From Eutreptiella sp. 'Long Island Sound 2002' (taxonomy: Eukaryota > Protista > Euglenida): a DNA stretch of 64,000 nucleotides. The translations under genes were made by a program, and so were the position numbers. A model generated the notes under the pieces. The model was not told where the DNA came from. It was given only the letters and a program-made list of their open reading frames with translations, and made no database searches. Of this stretch, positions 33,901 to 44,046 are shown one piece after another; the stretch's first letter is position 1, and each line of letters starts with the position of its first letter. The stretch lies in the NCBI GenBank assembly GCA_964036045.1, contig OZ038378.1:180420001-180484000 (forward strand), read 5' to 3'.

Positions 33901-36233
33901 CGCGGCGTGCTTCCGCGGTTATCCCCATCAAGTCCTTGCGGGCGCAATACCCCCCGGCCATGTACAACCCGAAGGCGGGCGGCATGGTGCGTTTCCAGGC
34001 CGGGGTTCGGCCCCCCCCGGTCCGGGTATGGCACCTCGCGGACTACCCCGCCATCTCCGCCCTCCGGGCGATTGTGGGGGAAAACCTGCCAGCGCACCGT
34101 CTGCTCGGGCCTGTGCAAGCGGGGCTCTCCGGCATTCGCCCTCTGGGTCCGGACGTGTTGACCACGTTTGTGCTCAACTACGCCCGTCAGCTGAATCACC
34201 CCAATCCCCTGACCCGGGCTTCCGCCCGGTGGGGGCACATGTGCGCCCTTTGGCGGTTCCACCCGGACATGCCCTGCATACACCAGGGCCTGGCGGACTG
34301 TGATTGCCACCCCACGGACCATGACCGTTTCCTGCGCTATACGTGGCTCATGGAAATCCGGGTCTGGCCCGCTCCGGGGAGCCACGCCGTGGAGGTGAGC
34401 AAACACCCACTGGGCGCGGCGACGACCATCGACGAGGCGAATGACGGCCACGCGGCTTTGGAGGCCGGTTATCGGGACTGGTCCAGCACCCGCAGGGCGG
34501 GTTGGCCATCACGGTTTCGTGGGCCGGATACCCTCCCCCCGTGGCCCCGCTGCGTGCGATGGGCCCAGGAGGTACACTCCGAGGGGGTCACCCTGCAGAG
34601 CGTGCCTGCGGAGGCGGTTTTCGTGCAGGATGCCTCCTGGTATCCCAACCACACGGCCGGGGGCGGGCTGGTGGTGGCGGACCCCACGACAGGCTGGCAC
34701 CGGATCTACCGGATCCCCATCCCTGTCCACGTAGACGGGTCCTACCAGGCGGAACTCTACGTGGCCTGGGAGGTTTTGCGGGCACGGGGCGCCCACCGGG
34801 TGGTGTGGGGCACCCGAGGCCGGCAATGGTCCTTCCACGATAGCAAGGGCTATATAGACGCCGTCCAGTCCCGCAACCCCGGATCCTCCCCGCTGTCGGA
34901 CGACTTGCTGCGGGCGTGCCGGGGTTTGCTGTCCGAGGGGTTCAGTGCGCCTCAGCACCTGTACTCCCACAGAGTCGGCACCTTCCTGGACACCCTGCTG
35001 GACATAGCCGACGGGGAAGCCAAGAAGCAGGCTTCCGGGGCCCGCCCCGAGGTGGGGTGGATCCGGGGGCTTCAAACACCCCAGGTCTGTTTCACCCACA
35101 ACGACGTCCAGGTGCACAACCTGGACCGTCTGGTCGAGACGTCGTCGCGCCGTCTGTGGGATCTTCATATGGAGGCCCCCGAGCGCGGGGAGCGCCAATC
35201 CCTGGGGGTTTACTCCGCCGTTACTGAGCGGGGTTTAATCCGGTGGGGGGCACACCTCCGCACGATGGCACGCCGGGACGGGCTGGGGTTCGCCGGGGAC
35301 GAACGCCCCTGCCCCGCTTGTGGCCAGACAGTGGGAGCGCGCCATTGGGTTTCCACTTGCCCGTGGCGCCACCTCTTTCGGTTGGCGATCCACACGCAAC
35401 TGCACATACGCCTGGACACGCTGTGTGCACGTTGGCAGCGCCGCGCAGTGTCCCCATGGGGGATTGTGGTCCTGTACGGGCCCGATGCCTTCGCCCTCAG
35501 CGTGGGCTCACCGGGGGACGACGACCCCCATCCCGGGGCGGGGGTACGCACGTTGTATATCGATCCCTACGGGGAATGGGAACCTGGGGACGTACGGTAC
35601 CTGTATGACAGGGGATTAGTGGTGGGCGCAGCCCAGCGGGTGCTGGCCACGGTCGTCAACTTTTGGGACGCCCTGGACCGAAAGCGGGAGATGCCCATCG
35701 TCCCGGCAGCCAGGGAGGTCTATTACCGGGACGAGGACGGTCACACGTGGGACCTGGCGACCCGGGTACCAGCACGCTTCGACCCGACCTCCCACGAGTG
35801 GGGAAGCCGGCCGGCGATGGCCGGGCTGTGGCCGGGGGCGAGTCTGCTGTGGCCCGTGTGCGAGCGCGGACAGCTGTCTGCCGTTCTGCCCCCCGGGCAG
35901 GACTGGCCCCCACGCTGGGGCGGGACCCAGAGGGTCCTCTGGTATTCGGACCGGCCTTTGCCCAAAAGCTTGGGGCGTTGGCCCCGGGAGGTCCGAGATG
36001 CGGATTTGGTCATCATTGATGGGCCGGGCGGCCTGCCGCCGCGGCGGTTAGCCTGGCTCCTTTCGTACGGGCCACCCTCCCGTTATATGGGCTTGTACGA
36101 GGCGCGGGGGGCACATGACCGTCGCCAAGTGCGCCGGTTGCGCGATATGCTGATGGCCACCTTGCGCATGGCAGGTTATCAGCCCAGGGTCTCTTACCAG
36201 TTGCTGGGGTTGGCTTTGCGGCAACCCCGGTGA
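30486..36233 (+). CDS. LINE ORF2 polyprotein (~1915 aa): unknown N-domain, APE endonuclease, RT, RNase H, CCHC finger, unknown C-terminal extension
   Basis: APE 31569-32234 (TLNLRRG, LQEV, MGDLNA, IDHVL, SDHRPV). RT ~32930-33860 (LLPKK, RPLTNL, QGCPLSP, WADD at 33612-33623). RNase H ~34620-35030 (VQDAS, QAELYV, HDSK, HLYSH, IADGEAK). CPACx7Hx4C at 35310-35360. The ATG at 30486 has a good context; the frame is open from 30291. Confidence 0.93.
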   Translation: MAPPGRRLGTGLSVLRPPHELRGTLPLPSAGDAPHGSASSGGGGQPSDRRRLGSAARGSPLPGGRPCAPLRGGHAPAGVGRPAGAVSAPAIRTTGPDRGRVSAPLGVRGALVRGNSPSSRCHSPARPGSPGGAPHLGTQPVRGVPDELPLPAPVTLGWDAGDVFPPGAVAHDQLKLLARDSVCPGRPSAQWGIVLGISGAVCGVRDVATALECLPGLHPALGHVSLFQGDWRLPAILQQWAAHMAVYQVSGGHSVQVYSGGGGVTHPPGAEGSVTWVPRSTYSRGRVVFKAASSSSTAYVAANVDARALGRYLRRSTALELPTKVRQAVLRRLEHTTGPTGRGALDALSGGTSSGHRGLGDFRAVTLNLRRGLMGKMPALGSCLRGWGYPDLVGLQEVGKMPANIVAHAMYWATFTPAAHPAAGVGLLVRWHPTFREVWRDIHSSGRGVALEYHCRGGHILAVVVYFPADQDLDVVRSILSWALGVMAPRRGVYTLMMGDLNANAGWATGFRQAPAALTVLWEEFVQDTGLVRCCPTSEAPTWTDGRGCVGVIDHVLQGPAPKEGRLWVDEASPFPSDHRPVVWDARDCQDPEDRSPVRLRARHFQIRDPGITGSYHAALSAARREEGLRPDSLAALYEYFLSSTIRAVERAHGPPREFGELPGRVDQVHRQLQAHAKRCPRWWESLDTLKERLDLRQDLAEAWEVGNLQRYLSHLPEVAPFSRPSRGAFRHLYGPARTPPVQPRFCAQVDVAPRARAKVALDQVRHRHQKTLRELTPGDVRALTGWITPTQPLGLPTATVPHLRRILQRTGNTAPARDQLQYWMLREMDDDGLAIVCEIVNRYMRGERLEALSHGDLHLLPKKAPHGVGANDRPLTNLVLLRKVVGLVVKEEEQPWLREHGFLPPSQFALWPGTSIWDFLRVLHDYFWYRWGSGGEAWPVLDDVRHAFGSPDHVSRDSVHRVLGYGPELCHLHRSLVEDMRLDMGGTDDVDHAEGWFDAGSGQGCPLSPLDYAPMGEVRAKMVSREYPGVLTPAGLLHSLAWADDTVWLGGSPEDVSAIAGALPAAEDAVALGSDVSKMHVLRTWMDGQRVRYGVPSVLMNGVRLPVPSEKDYIRSLGRHALPHTYHKEDFRKFMMAARRASAVIPIKSLRAQYPPAMYNPKAGGMVRFQAGVRPPPVRVWHLADYPAISALRAIVGENLPAHRLLGPVQAGLSGIRPLGPDVLTTFVLNYARQLNHPNPLTRASARWGHMCALWRFHPDMPCIHQGLADCDCHPTDHDRFLRYTWLMEIRVWPAPGSHAVEVSKHPLGAATTIDEANDGHAALEAGYRDWSSTRRAGWPSRFRGPDTLPPWPRCVRWAQEVHSEGVTLQSVPAEAVFVQDASWYPNHTAGGGLVVADPTTGWHRIYRIPIPVHVDGSYQAELYVAWEVLRARGAHRVVWGTRGRQWSFHDSKGYIDAVQSRNPGSSPLSDDLLRACRGLLSEGFSAPQHLYSHRVGTFLDTLLDIADGEAKKQASGARPEVGWIRGLQTPQVCFTHNDVQVHNLDRLVETSSRRLWDLHMEAPERGERQSLGVYSAVTERGLIRWGAHLRTMARRDGLGFAGDERPCPACGQTVGARHWVSTCPWRHLFRLAIHTQLHIRLDTLCARWQRRAVSPWGIVVLYGPDAFALSVGSPGDDDPHPGAGVRTLYIDPYGEWEPGDVRYLYDRGLVVGAAQRVLATVVNFWDALDRKREMPIVPAAREVYYRDEDGHTWDLATRVPARFDPTSHEWGSRPAMAGLWPGASLLWPVCERGQLSAVLPPGQDWPPRWGGTQRVLWYSDRPLPKSLGRWPREVRDADLVIIDGPGGLPPRRLAWLLSYGPPSRYMGLYEARGAHDRRQVRRLRDMLMATLRMAGYQPRVSYQLLGLALRQPR

Positions 36234-36964
36234 TCCCCTCGCTACGCCTGGACCCAGGTGTGTTCCAGGGGTGCGAACCGGGGGGACGGGGTCAGGGACA
36301 GGGTCGGCAGGTTGGTGGAGGGCCCCGCGCACGGGCGCCTTCGGCAGAAGTGCCGTGCGCGGGGGAGGGTGGGGGGATCGGGCCACAGACCAAGCCCCCG
36401 TGTTCCGCCGGCTAAACGCCGCCCAGTCGGTAGTACCTGGCGGCTAAGGGCCCACACCCGTGAGACTGCGTCCCCCTTCCCTTGGGGGGGTGGTGGAACG
36501 TGCCGGAAGTGGAGCCGGCGCTCCGCCTCGCCCCCTGTTCCGTGCCCCTGGGTGGTGATCCGGCTACGTGTAGGGCAGGGGTGCATGCGCGTAGTGCGGA
36601 CCGGGGGACAAGAGGAGGAGACGAAGAGGAGAGCCGCCGCCATGATGCTTAGCCGGACGGGTTGGGATGTAACCCCCCTCCCGGTCGCGCGCCAGACCGT
36701 GGAGGGCCGGCGGGCACCATGGGGATGTGCCGCGGGGGCGCCCTACCGGGGGACCGCATCTCCTCCTCCTCCTCCTATGTGTGTGCGTGTTTGTATGTGT
36801 GCAGTGCGCTGATGTGCATGAAGGAGGTGTTGGGGAGTGGAGATAGCCCACCAGGTCGTAGAAGTTCTCTTCAAGCTGTGCTTTGGCCCTGCTTTTGAGG
36901 AGAGTTGGGCAGTGCTCGGCACGTCAGTGCTCAGTGCGCTCCTCTGCCTCTCCACGCTTCACAG

Positions 36965-37184
36965 TGCATTGCCCACATCATCCGGCGGTCATATCAAGGC
37001 GCCTCCTCCGACAGCATCTTTTTGGATGAAATCGAGGATTGTGGGGAGTGCATTAAGGAGGGGATGCTGCAGCGGTACTCGCGAGGGCAGAGTGAGAGCT
37101 GGCGCAACTGCTATTTGCGGCTGTACCCGAACAACAAAGGGCTGCTGCAGACTTTCGAGCACGCAGGTCCGCCGACAGCCCAGG
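36965..37184 (+). CDS. Host gene exon, PH domain 2 N-terminal half
   Basis: cttcacag acceptor; CIKEGMLQRYSRGQSESWRNCYLRLYPNNKGLLQTFE. The donor is ambiguous (GT at 37167 or GC at 37185, both phase 1). Confidence 0.7.
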
Positions 37185-38191
37185 GCACATTGGAGCTGTG
37201 GCACAGGGCTGGGCTTTTTGTTTAGCCCTTGGGCTGTGTAGGTGGTCTTCTGCAGCAGCTACGACGGCGGCTCCGGGCCCCTGGAAAGCGGAGAGCAGCA
37301 GTTTTCGACGTCGATCGGCAACGGCCGTGATGTCCTGAAGCCTCAGACCGTTCCCATGGCTTCCGCCTTTTGCCCCCCCTACGCCTCGCGCTTCCCCTCT
37401 ATTCCCTTCATTCCTGTCATTCATCTGCTCTCAGGGTGCAGCTGCGATTACGCCCGTGGAAAAAATTTCTGTCGCGGGGGCAGGGGATTTCTTGCCGAGG
37501 GGGGGGGGGGGTTTGCAAAAAGGGGCTCCCTCGGCCGGGCCTTTGTAAAAGTCCTTTGTTTGCTTGTGGTGTGCCTGCAGCATGTCACACAAGGGCGTGA
37601 GATGCTGGGATTTGGATTTTGGTTGATCGCTGTCACTCAAATTTTGGTCCACCACAGATGCTTCAAGGTTTTTTGGTTTAAAATGGTTGAGAAAGGCGCT
37701 CTATGGGCAATCCCAAAGAGCCCTCAGTCGGAAAAGGGGCTCTTTGCCCCCCCCCCCCCCCCGACATTTATTTTTGCCCCCGCCCCCTTGCGATGCATTG
37801 TTTATTGGCAGCCTGTGGCCTGTGCACATGGCGGTTTCGAGTGGTGGGTGGTTTCTGGTCGGTTCTGGTAAAGTCACCCCAATGACAGGCGCTGTGCACA
37901 AATTCTCCCTTTGTGAGAGTGCCTTATCTCTTCATTTGTGAAACCAGTGAGTCTCAGATGGTGGACAGTGGTAAGCAACAGCAGTGGCTATGTCTCCCCC
38001 GCCTCAGACTCGCGAATTGGCCCCCAATGTACTCTCTGAGCACTAGATCGGTGAACCGTCCGGTGTCCTGCTGGAAGCGGTGCCTGCACGAAGGGGGGCT
38101 CTGTACTTCCTCGGCGTGCTACCGTGTGGGGAGTCGTGTGTCTGCTGCTGCTGCTGCTGCTGCTCCTGCTATCTTCCACCCGCACTCGCAG

Positions 38192-38401
38192 ACACGCTGA
38201 GCATGGCAAACATCACGGCGCAGCCGCATGCCACCCACACCTGCCGCTTTGTCCTTCTGGGCCCCCACGTGATGGAGCCCTACACACTGGAATGCAGTTC
38301 TGTGCAGGGCCGCGAGCAGTGGCTGAAGGTGCTGCGGAGCCTCGAGGCTGTCAAGGCCGATGGACCGCCGCAACCAAACGCTGTTCGACCGATGTGCAAT
38401 G
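38192..38401 (+). CDS. Host gene exon, PH domain 2 C-terminal half
   Basis: ctcgcag acceptor in phase 1; TCRFVLLGPHVMEPYTLECSSVQGREQWLKVLRSL is a typical PH beta6-beta7-helix. The end is approximate. Confidence 0.7.
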
Positions 38402-40994
38402 GTTTGCTTGGGCTGGGGCCAGGGCTGTGATTGGGCCGGGAAGGTCACCGGGGTTCATGCTGCTGCTGCTGCTGCTGCTGTTGTTGTTGTTGTTGTGGCT
38501 GATGTACGTGGTGCTGCTGCCGGTGGCTGTGGACCTTGATGAGTCCCTCTGACGCCCCACATATGCCCCGACTGTTGTAAGGGTCCAGTGTAGCCCACTC
38601 TTTGACTCCTTCGTTGGTGGAGGGTGCATGAGAGATGATAGGCTTTGGTGGCTGCGTGCCTGGCAGTCAGTGGGGTTCGGTGGACAACAGGAGGCTTCCA
38701 ATGTGCAACTCATCGGGTGCTCCATGTGTCACCGTGTACCACTGTGCCTCTCCTCGCCATCTGCTCTGCCCCTCGCATTTCAGATTCTGCTCTGCCATTT
38801 ACCCTTGCTCATGTCCCACTGTGTCCTTTTCCTTGTTTTCTCCTCTGCCTATCTCTATGTCGACACCTTCCATCCTCCTCCTGTTTCCTTTGTTGTCCCC
38901 TCTCCGCCCGTTCACGTCCTCGGTGCTCTCTTTTGCTAATCATGCAGGGCTCTGACCAGTAGAGCCATCCAAATCTGGTCCTCGGTTTGGAGTCCGGCTG
39001 AGGCAGTGCACCCAGACTGCCCACCAACATCTTTGTGTTTGTGTCTTGAAGCTTAATGAGCCGCTGCACTCCATGATGGGATGCCCACCCCCAGAGATGT
39101 ATCACAATGGCCGTACACCGCAGGAGGAGGGGGGGTGCCCCCCCCCCCCCCCCGCCCCCCCCCCTTTCCAGACCAAAGTGACCATCGTGGAAAAAACCGA
39201 AATCGGGAAAATCTTGTCGGGCTATTTTTGGTACACAAACTTTTGGGTCCGAGACCCCCCCTCCCCCCCATTCCCCCCGTCGAATACTTCCTTTCCCAAT
39301 CCCTTGTTCATAGGCTGCCAATAATCCCAAACAAACAGCAGGCCTGTGGTGACCTGACGCTTGGTTGAGGCATGACTGTGTGGCACCCTACACCAAAGCA
39401 TGCGTTCTGCAAGGCATCCTCCACCAAAACCCCATGGACTGGTTCGGTATCGTGGTGCAGACTGGGCTGAGGCCTGGGATGTGCTGCACGCACAGGCGAT
39501 CAGAAATTTGCTCTGAAGGGGCGAGGGGCTTTTTGAGCCCCAGGATGCTGGTGGGGGGGTTCAGAAAATGGGCAAGTCCAAGAGCCAATTTTGTTTGCTT
39601 TTACCCTGTGCTGATGGAGGGAAGGTTTTTGGAAAAAAATTCTATTGCCTTCGGCAAGTCCACCTCGCAGAGAATCTACCCCGAGCAAAACACACCCAAA
39701 ATAGGGTGGAAACTACATAAATACGGGCTAAAACATGCTTTACATACCTTGGATGGTCATATTGTGTGATCACGGTATCAAAAAAAAAGTTTCGAAAACT
39801 TCGATTTTTAAGCTGCCCAGGGCGAAAAACTGCATAAGCAGGTTGTGTACCAATCCCTTGGGAGCCCCCCCCCCCCCAACCCCCGGACCTAATACCCAAA
39901 TAGGGTGAAAAACATGTAAATACGGCCTAAAACATGCTTTACATACCTTGGATGGTCATTTTAGTTGGTCACAACATCAAAAAAACAAGTTTCGAAAACT
40001 TCGATTTTTGAGCTACCCACGGTGAAAAACTGCATAAGCAGGTTGTGTACCAATCCCTTGGGAGCCCCCCCCCCCCCCCCCGGACCTAATACCCAAATAG
40101 GGTGAAAAACATGTAAATACGGCCTAAAACATGCTTTATATACCTTGGATGGTCATTTTAAGTGGTGACAATATCAAAAAAACAAGTTTCGAAAACTTCG
40201 ATTTTTGAGCTGCCCAGGGTGAAAAACTGCATAAGCAGGTTGTGTACCAATCCCTTGGGAGCACCCCCCCCCCCCCCCCCCACCCAATACCCAAATAGGG
40301 TGAAAAACACGTAAATACAGCCTAAAACATGCTTTACATACCTTGGATGGTCATTTTTGGTGGTCAAAATGTCAAAACAACAAGTTTCGAAAACTTCGAT
40401 TTTTGAGCTCTCCAAGGTGAAAAACTGCATAAGCAGGTTGTGTACCAATCCCTTGGGAGCACCCCCCCCCCCCCCCACCCAATACCCAAATAGGGTGAAA
40501 AACACGTAAATCCGGCCTAAAACATGCTTTACATACCTTGGATGGTCATTTTCGGTGGTCAAAATGTCAAAACAACAAGTTTCAAAAACTTCGATTTTTG
40601 AGCTCTCCAAGGTGAAAAACTGCATAAGCAGGTTGTGTACCAATCCCTTGGCAGGACCCCCCCCCCCCACCCAATACCCAAATAGGGTGAAAAACACGTA
40701 AATCCGGCCTAAAACATGCTTTACATACCTTGGATGGTCATTTTCGGTGGTCAAAATGTCAAAACAACAAGTTTCAAAAACTTCGATTTTTGAGCTCTCC
40801 AAGGTGAAAAACTGCATAAGCAGGTTGTGTACCAATCCCTTGGGAGCACCCCCCCCCCCCCCGCCCCCCCCTGGGCGACCAATACCCAAATAGGGTGAAA
40901 AACATGTAAATACAGCCTAAAACATGCTTTACATACCTTGGATGCTCATATTGTGTGGCCACAATATCATAATAACAAGTTTCGAAGACTTCGA

Positions 40995-43900
40995 ATTCTA
41001 TTGCCTTCGGCAAGTCCACCTCGCAGAGAATCTACCGCGAGCAACACACACCCAAAATAGGGTGGAAACTACATAAATACCGGCTAAAACATGCTTTACA
41101 TACCTTGGATGATCATTTTAGGTGATCACGGTATCAAAAAAAAAGTTTCGAAAACTTCGATTTTTGAGCTGCCCAGGGTGAAAAACTGCATAAGCAGGTT
41201 GTGTACAAATCCCTTGGGAGACCCCCCCCCCCCTTGGACCTAATACCCAAATCGGGTGAAAAACACGTAAATACGGCCTAAAACATGCTTTACATACCTT
41301 GGATGGTCATTTTAGGTGATCACAATATCACAAAAACAAGTTTCAAAAACTTCCATTTTTGAGCTGTCCGGGGTGAAAAACTGCATAAGCAGGTTGTGCA
41401 CCCGTCCCTTGGGAGACCCCCCCCCCCCCCCGACCCAACACCCAAAAAGGGTGAAAAACACGTAAATACGGCCTAAAACATGCTTTCCATAGCTTGGATG
41501 GTCATTTCAGGTGGTCACAATATCAAAAAAACAAGTTTTGAAAACTTCGATTTTTGAGCTGTCCGGGTTGAAAAAACTGCATAAGCAGGTTGTGCACCCG
41601 TCCCTTGGGAGACCCCCCCCCCCCCCGGACCTAACACCCAAATAGGGTGAAAAACACGTAAATACGGCCTAAAACATGCTTTGCATAGTTTGGAATGTCA
41701 TTTTAGGTGGTCACAATATCAAAAAAACAAGTTTCGAAAATTCTATTGCCTTCGGCAAGTCCACCTCGCAGAGAATCTACCCCAAGCAACACACACCCTA
41801 AATAGGGTAAAAACTATATAAATACAGGCTAAAATATGCTTTACATAGCTTGGATGGTCATTTTAGGTGATCACAATATCAAAAAAACAAGTTTCGAAAA
41901 CTTCGATTTTGGAGGTGCCTATGGTGACAAACTGTATAAGCAGGTTGTGTACCAATCTCTTGGAAGCCCCGCCCCCCCGGACCGAATACCCAAATAGGGT
42001 GAAAAACACGCAAATACGGCCTAAAACATGCTTTAGATACCTTGGATGGTCATTTTAGGTGGTCACAACATCAAAAAAACAAGTTTCGAAAACTTCGATT
42101 TTTGAGCTGCCCAGGGTGAAAAACTGCATAAGCAGGTTGTGTACCAAGCCCTGGGAAGGACCCCGCCCCCCGGACCTATTACCCAAACAGGGTGGAAAAC
42201 ATGTAAATACAGCCTAAAGCATGCTTTACATACCTTGGATGGTCATTTTGAGTGGCCACAACATAAAGAAAACAAGTTTCAAAAACTTCGATTTTTGAGC
42301 TGCCCAAGGTGAAAAACTACATAAGCAGGCTGTGTACCAACCCCTCGGGAGGGACCCCCCCCCGGACGTATTTCCCAAATTGGGTGAAAAACACGTAAAT
42401 ACGGCCTAAAACATGCTTTACATACCTTGGATGGTCAATTTAGGTGGTAACAACATCAAAAAAAACAAGTTTCGAAAACTTCGATTTTTGAGCTGCCCAG
42501 GGTGAAAAAACTGCATAAGCAGGTTGTGTACCAATCCCTTGGGAGACCCCCTCCCCCCCCCGGACCTAATACCCAAGCAGGGTGAAAAACACGCAATTAC
42601 GGCCTAAAACATGCTTTACATACCTTGGATGGTCATTTTGGGTGGTCACAACATCAAACAAACAAGTTTCGAAAACTTCCATTTTTGAGCTGCCCAGGTT
42701 GAAAAACTGCATAAGCAGGTTGTGTACTGGCCCATTCACTAGGCCATTATTGGTGGAAACAGTCATTTCGCGTCTTTGGCACGGGTTGTGGACGGCCCCA
42801 GGCAAGGCTAGAGACTGCCAAAAACGTCCTTCCGTATCCTAGTAGGCATATACTGTCACAACATCCCCACTTGCACCCCTCAGAGTAGGTACCACGGGGT
42901 CACCGAGGTCGACGAACATAGCAAAAATGGCTGAAAAGTGCATAAACTGCACAAGCGCTCGTCCCACTCCGCCCCATACAAACCCCATAGAGTCGGGACC
43001 CGGAAAAACTTTTTCGGCTCAAAATCGAAAAAAACCAAAAGATTCGTGATTTTCGACCCAAAAAAAGGGGGGGTCATTTTTTGACCCCCCCCCCCCCACC
43101 CCCACCCCCCCCCCCTCCCTCAAAACCTGAAAAAAGTGGGTTTCAAGTGGGGGGGGTCTGGGGGGGTCCGGACCAAAAACTCATTGGGGGATGCGATTAC
43201 TGGACAAAATAATGATTTTACAAGGGGTTAAACTAACAATTCAACCCCTTGGGGTAGGGTACGCGAATAGCCCCAAAATGGCCAAAATGGGGGGGTAGGT
43301 GGCGTTTTCCCCTATATACGCCTGCCTGGCTTTGATCTAACAACCTCTGCGAGGTGACTTCGATTTTTGAGCTGCCTGGGGTGAAAAACTGCATAAGCAG
43401 GTTGTGTACCTCCCCATTCACCAGGCCATTATTGGTGGAAACAGTCATTTCGCGTCTTTGGCACGGGTTGTGAACGGCCATAAGCAAGGCTACAGACTGC
43501 AAAAAACGTCCTTTCGTATCCTAGTAGGCATATACTGTCACAACATCCCCACTCGCACCCCTCAGGGTGGGTACCACGGGTTCACCGAGGTTGCCAAAAC
43601 CGCCAACATAGCATAAATGGCTGAAAAGTGCATAAACTGCATAAGCGCTCGTCCCACTCCGCCCCATACAAACCCTATGGAGTCGGGACCCGGAAACACT
43701 TTTTCGGCTCAAAATCGAAAAAAACCAAAAGACCCATGATTTTCGACCCAAAAAAGGGTGGGTCATTTTTTCGACATTTTTGACCCCCCCACCCCACCCC
43801 CCCCCCCCCCACCCCCACCCCCCCCCCCCCAAAAGTGGGTTTCAAGTGGGGGGGGTCTGGGGGGGTCCGGACCAAAAACTCATTGGGGGATGCGTTTATT

Positions 43901-44046
43901 GGACAAAATAATGATTTTACAAGGGGTTAAACTAACAATTCAACCCCTTGGGGTAGGGTACACGAATAGGCCCAAAATGGGGGGTATGTGGCGTTTTCCC
44001 CATATATACGCCTGCCTGGCTTTGATCTAACAACCTCTGCGAGGTG
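40995..44046 (-). mobile_element. Same family, middle copy E2, inserted in a 182-bp unit of E1
   Basis: Same termini. Flanks rejoin gacttcga^attttgagctgcc, close to the unit consensus aacttcgatttttgagctgcc. Confidence 0.75.
41740..43356 (-). mobile_element. Same family, inner copy E3, inserted in a 182-bp unit of E2
   Basis: Flanks rejoin gtttcgaaa^acttcgattttt, exactly the unit consensus, with no TSD. Confidence 0.8.

Larger units (their letters stand above)
22740..36776 (+). mobile_element. Large, apparently intact non-LTR retrotransposon (APE-RT-RNase H-CCHC) with ~4.2-kb structured and repetitive 5' leader and (TCC)n tail
   Basis: Abrupt switch from TG-rich flank to GC-rich structured sequence at ~22740, then monomer array, ORF1, open ORF2 and a ~530-bp 3' UTR ending in (tcc)5 before another TG-rich flank. 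The 5' boundary is approximate and no clear TSD was found. Confidence 0.8.

Noticed and set aside
40158-40889. 243-aa repetitive ORF on the minus strand
   Set aside because: It is a by-product of the ~182-bp tandem units inside the Helentron-like element.
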